A DNA stretch of 64,000 nucleotides from Pseudovirgaria hyperparasitica (Eukaryota): NCBI GenBank assembly GCA_010093815.1, contig ML996576.1, one strand, 5' to 3'. Each line of letters begins with the position of its first letter. Within the stretch, counting starts at the first letter, position 1. Below are positions 60,601-64,000 of the stretch, piece after piece. The notes beneath the pieces are model-generated. The model had not been told where the DNA came from. It saw only the letters and a program-made list of their open reading frames with translations, and did no database searches. The translations under genes and the position numbers were made by a program.

Positions 60601-62407
60601 AGTAGATCTCGCCAAGAAGCTCGCAGAGGGAGAACGCGAGCAGACGGAGCTGGAAGACAAGCCGAAGAAGGTCGTGCCGAAGCTGAGGATCGATGCGGAG
60701 AACATTGGCCAATACGGTGGGTTTTCTTGTGGCTTGCGTTTCACATGTGCTAATATTGGATAGAATCTGGGCTTGTCGTCTTCAAGCTGATCGACGCGGA
60801 TCTGTCGGAGGCGGACTGCTACGTTGAGATTGTCATGGACGACATGGCGTTTGCCTCTTATTCGAGCTCGAAGGTTCGGTCGAAGAAACACACGTTCAAC
60901 GAGACTGGCGATGCCATGGTTCGCGAGCTCGACTTTTCGAAGATCACGCTTCGTCTGATAGAGGAAGTGGACAGAAAGGGCGAGGGCAAGGAAAGCCATA
61001 TTATTGCCAAACTGACGGGGAACACGATCGATGTCCTACGTCGAGCTCTGGTGAGACTGCTTCATGTTCGTGCTTGAATATGCTAACATTTATAAGTATG
61101 CGCCCACTCTGTTCACGCTAAAAGACGAGCACGGCAAGGGGAGCAAGATCACTGTGAGCCTCAAGTACATTCCTGTCAAGATGCAGCTGGATCCTAGCGA
61201 GAGCTTCAACAACTCCGGCACCTTGCGCGTCGACGTTCTTGATGCGGCTGACCTGCCGGCTGCGGACCGCAACGGCTACAGTGATCCGTACTGCAAGTTC
61301 AACCTGAATGGCAAGGAGATATTCAAGACCAAAACCCAGAAGAAGACGCTGCATCCGGCGTGGAACGAGTTCTTTGAAGTTCAAGTTCGGTCCAGAACAG
61401 CGGCGCAGTTTGATGTTGTTGTTTACGACTGGGACTTTGGCGACAAGGCTGACCTGCTGGGCAAAGCCGCCATTAATCTGGACATACTCGAGCCGTTCCA
61501 GGCGCAAGAAGTTACACTGGGACTAGATGGCAAATCGGGTGCGGTCAGGCTGAAGATGCTGTTCAAGCCAGATTATGTCACGCGCACTAGACAAGGCTCC
61601 TCGACCTTCCACGGCACGTTTGCTGCTCCTGGCAAGGTGATTGGCGCACCCGTCAAAGGGGTGGGCAAGGGTGCCGTGTTTGTGGGAGGTGGTGTGGTCA
61701 AAGGAGCAACGTTCCTGGGTCGCACGTTCAGGGGCAAGAAGAAGGGCGAAAACGACACGGACGCTGACTCAATCAACGGCTCGGCTAACCCCAAGATATC
61801 CGTCGACGACCAGGACCCGGACTCGCCTCCTGGCTCCGCCAACCCTCAAGCAGTCACCCCGACTAACCACCACCGCCACCGATCGATGGGCGCCCAGTCC
61901 ATCTCCAGCCAGATGGGTGTCTCACCCGGAGGCGCCGAGACTGGTATTGCATCATTCACCATCGTCTCGGCATCAGAGTACCCCTCGGGCTCCAACGTCC
62001 GCGTACACGTCGAGATGAAGACGGGCAAGGGCGACAAGGAAGTCCACAAGACCAAAGCCATCAAGTCCAGGTCCGGCGACCCGGTCACCTGGCCGGACAG
62101 CAGCGAGACCTTCAAGGTCCAATGCGCCGCCGACACGGCCTTTAAGATTACGGTCAAGGACCACAGCACGTTTGGCAGCGACGACGAGCTCGGCTCCGTG
62201 CCCTTTTTCATCGACGACTCGGGCAGCGGTGGCGGCGAGCGGTCGATGCAGGTGGGCGAGGGTCATGTTGTCGTCCGGAGCCAGTTTGTGCCGTCGGCGG
62301 ATCGGGATGGGGCCGCGCGCGAGTTGACGCCGCATAGTCCGGGGAAGCTGCGGCGGAGTATTCTTGGGACGTCGAGGGGGCGGGAGCGCAGCGTGACGCC
62401 GTCGTGA
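57692..62407 (+). CDS. Tricalbin (TM hairpin + SMP + multiple C2 domains), ER-plasma membrane tether
   Basis: ESLEWINSFLVKFWPIYQP (SMP), FTLGTKPP; C2 motifs PDPY, GKSDPY, AADRNGYSDPY, KKTLHPAWNE. Four introns. Confidence 0.95.
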
Positions 62408-62822
62408 TGGGAGGCTTGATGGGCGGGGGTGGACTATATCTAACTCTCGGCCTGGAGTGGCTTGGGTTGTTGGGGGTTAGGATGGAAATTAAAGCAAAGA
62501 TGTGTTGACGACGACGCCGGGCTTGCTGTGTATTTTTCTCTAGGGCGGTGATCGTGGCTACAAACTTCTTCTTCTACAAAAATGTTTCCAACCCCTTTTT
62601 TGAGTACAAGATGGACAGAGTGAGTAGCTAGGCCAGGTGGCAAGGCTCGCGCGCATATCGTTCCTGGGGTGTTTATGCTTGTGCTTCTGCTGGTGATGTT
62701 GATGTTGATGTTGATTCCTGAACTGAAGCGAAACACCGTAATCCTCTACTCCCTAGTACATCTCACAACCCCTCCCCCCCTACAAACACCCTTCTCCCCA
62801 CCTCCCTACATCTCCTCTCCCC

Positions 62823-62969
62823 NNNNNNNNNNNNNNNNNNNNNNNNNNNNNNNNNNNNNNNNNNNNNNNNNNNNNNNNNNNNNNNNNNNNNNNNNNNNNN
62901 NNNNNNNNNNNNNNNNNNNNNNNNNNNNNNNNNNNNNNNNNNNNNNNNNNNNNNNNNNNNNNNNNNNNN
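62823..62969. other. Assembly gap (147 N)
   Basis: Run of n flanked by C-rich low-complexity DNA. Confidence 1.
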
Positions 62970-64000
62970 CACCCTCCTCAACCCAAACCCCCCTCAACCC
63001 CCTCCACTCCTGCCTCTCCCCCAAATACACATTCCAGCGCGGCCGCGGGTACATGGCTAGTTCTGCCGCCGTGGGCAGCACTTCTTCCTCTTCTTCGTAT
63101 ACAGCCCTCTCACTCCCTTTTCCGTTTCCGTTGTTGCCGTTTCCGTTCCCGTTCCCTCCGTTCCCGTTTGCCCTGTTGTTGGTGTTGGTATGCCGCCGCA
63201 CGACGACGACGACGCGGCTGCAGTGCCGCGAGGGCTGGAAACTGCCTGGCACGCGGGCGGTGAGGGTGCGGGCTAGGTGGGCGGAGTCGTTGAGCGGGTT
63301 TGTTAGGGGGGAGGTTTGGGGGGTGAGGGTGGAGGTGGTGCCGGGCCCGGCGATGCGGAGGCCGTGGGGGTCGCGTTGGGAGGTGAGTGGGGAGAGGAGG
63401 GGGAGGATTGGGTGGGGGGTTTCGTCTCCTTCTTCGTCGGTGGTGGTGGTGGTGGTGGTGGTGGTGGTGGTGGACTCAGGGGGGAAATGGGAGTCTGTGG
63501 GAAAATGCGAAAAGAAAGACGAAGACGAAGAAGAGGCAGACACAGACCCCACCGCCCGATCAGCAGCCGGCGAAATGACTAGCCCGGGGACATACCCGGG
63601 GACGATGTTTGCGAGGAAGGAAAAGTGCGTGTAGAGGGCTGTCGTGAAGTTTGCGAGATGGAGGATGGAGGGGGTGAGGAAGGTTGGGAGGGGGGATTGG
63701 GCAGTGGGGTTCTGGGCTGCGGTGTGCCATGCGCGGAGGAAGAGGGTGCGTTCGGGGCGGCGCGGGGGCAGGGCGATGAGGAGTTTGTTGAGGGTGGGCG
63801 TTGTGCTGCTGGAGGAGGAAGAAGGCGGGGAGAGCGGGTCGGTGGATGTGAGGGTTGTGATGGCGTCGGTGAGGGTTGATGGGATGAGGGGCATTTGGGA
63901 GAGGCGCCATGTGTGGAGGGTGAAGGCGAGGGTAGGCGGGATTTGGATGGACGAGGCGGACGACGAGATGGGGCGGAGGACGAGAAAGGAGGGTGCGGCG
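62970..64000 (-). CDS. Hypothetical protein, partial (5' end outside the window, 3' end in the gap)
   Basis: Long open frame with globular-looking blocks (NKLLIALPP..LFLRAWH, THFSFLANIVPGYVPGL, YPRPRWNVYLG) separated by homopolymer tracts. Confidence 0.55.

Overview
Eukaryotic nuclear DNA from a filamentous ascomycete (Pezizomycotina; short GT..AG introns with CTRAY branch points, HET-domain gene). About 22 protein-coding loci. The first ~15 kb looks accessory: two MFS sugar transporters, a HET-domain gene, an EVE-domain gene, a beta-lactamase-family hydrolase flanked by AT/TpA-rich RIP-like relics, and a secreted GDPD interrupted by one in-frame TGA. The rest is mostly conserved genes: a 1779-aa GHKL-ATPase/HExxH (DUF3684-like) protein, Trs120, Nbs1, Prp17, Erv14 (not recovered as a whole by the ORF track), Map1, kynurenine 3-monooxygenase, a mitochondrial S8 with a very long insertion, F-box/LRR proteins, Sti1, dihydroneopterin aldolase, UGPase and tricalbin. 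There are also microsatellites and a 147-N gap. I found no tRNA, rRNA, CRISPR array or intact transposon. All calls come from motif recognition and manual splicing, not database searches.
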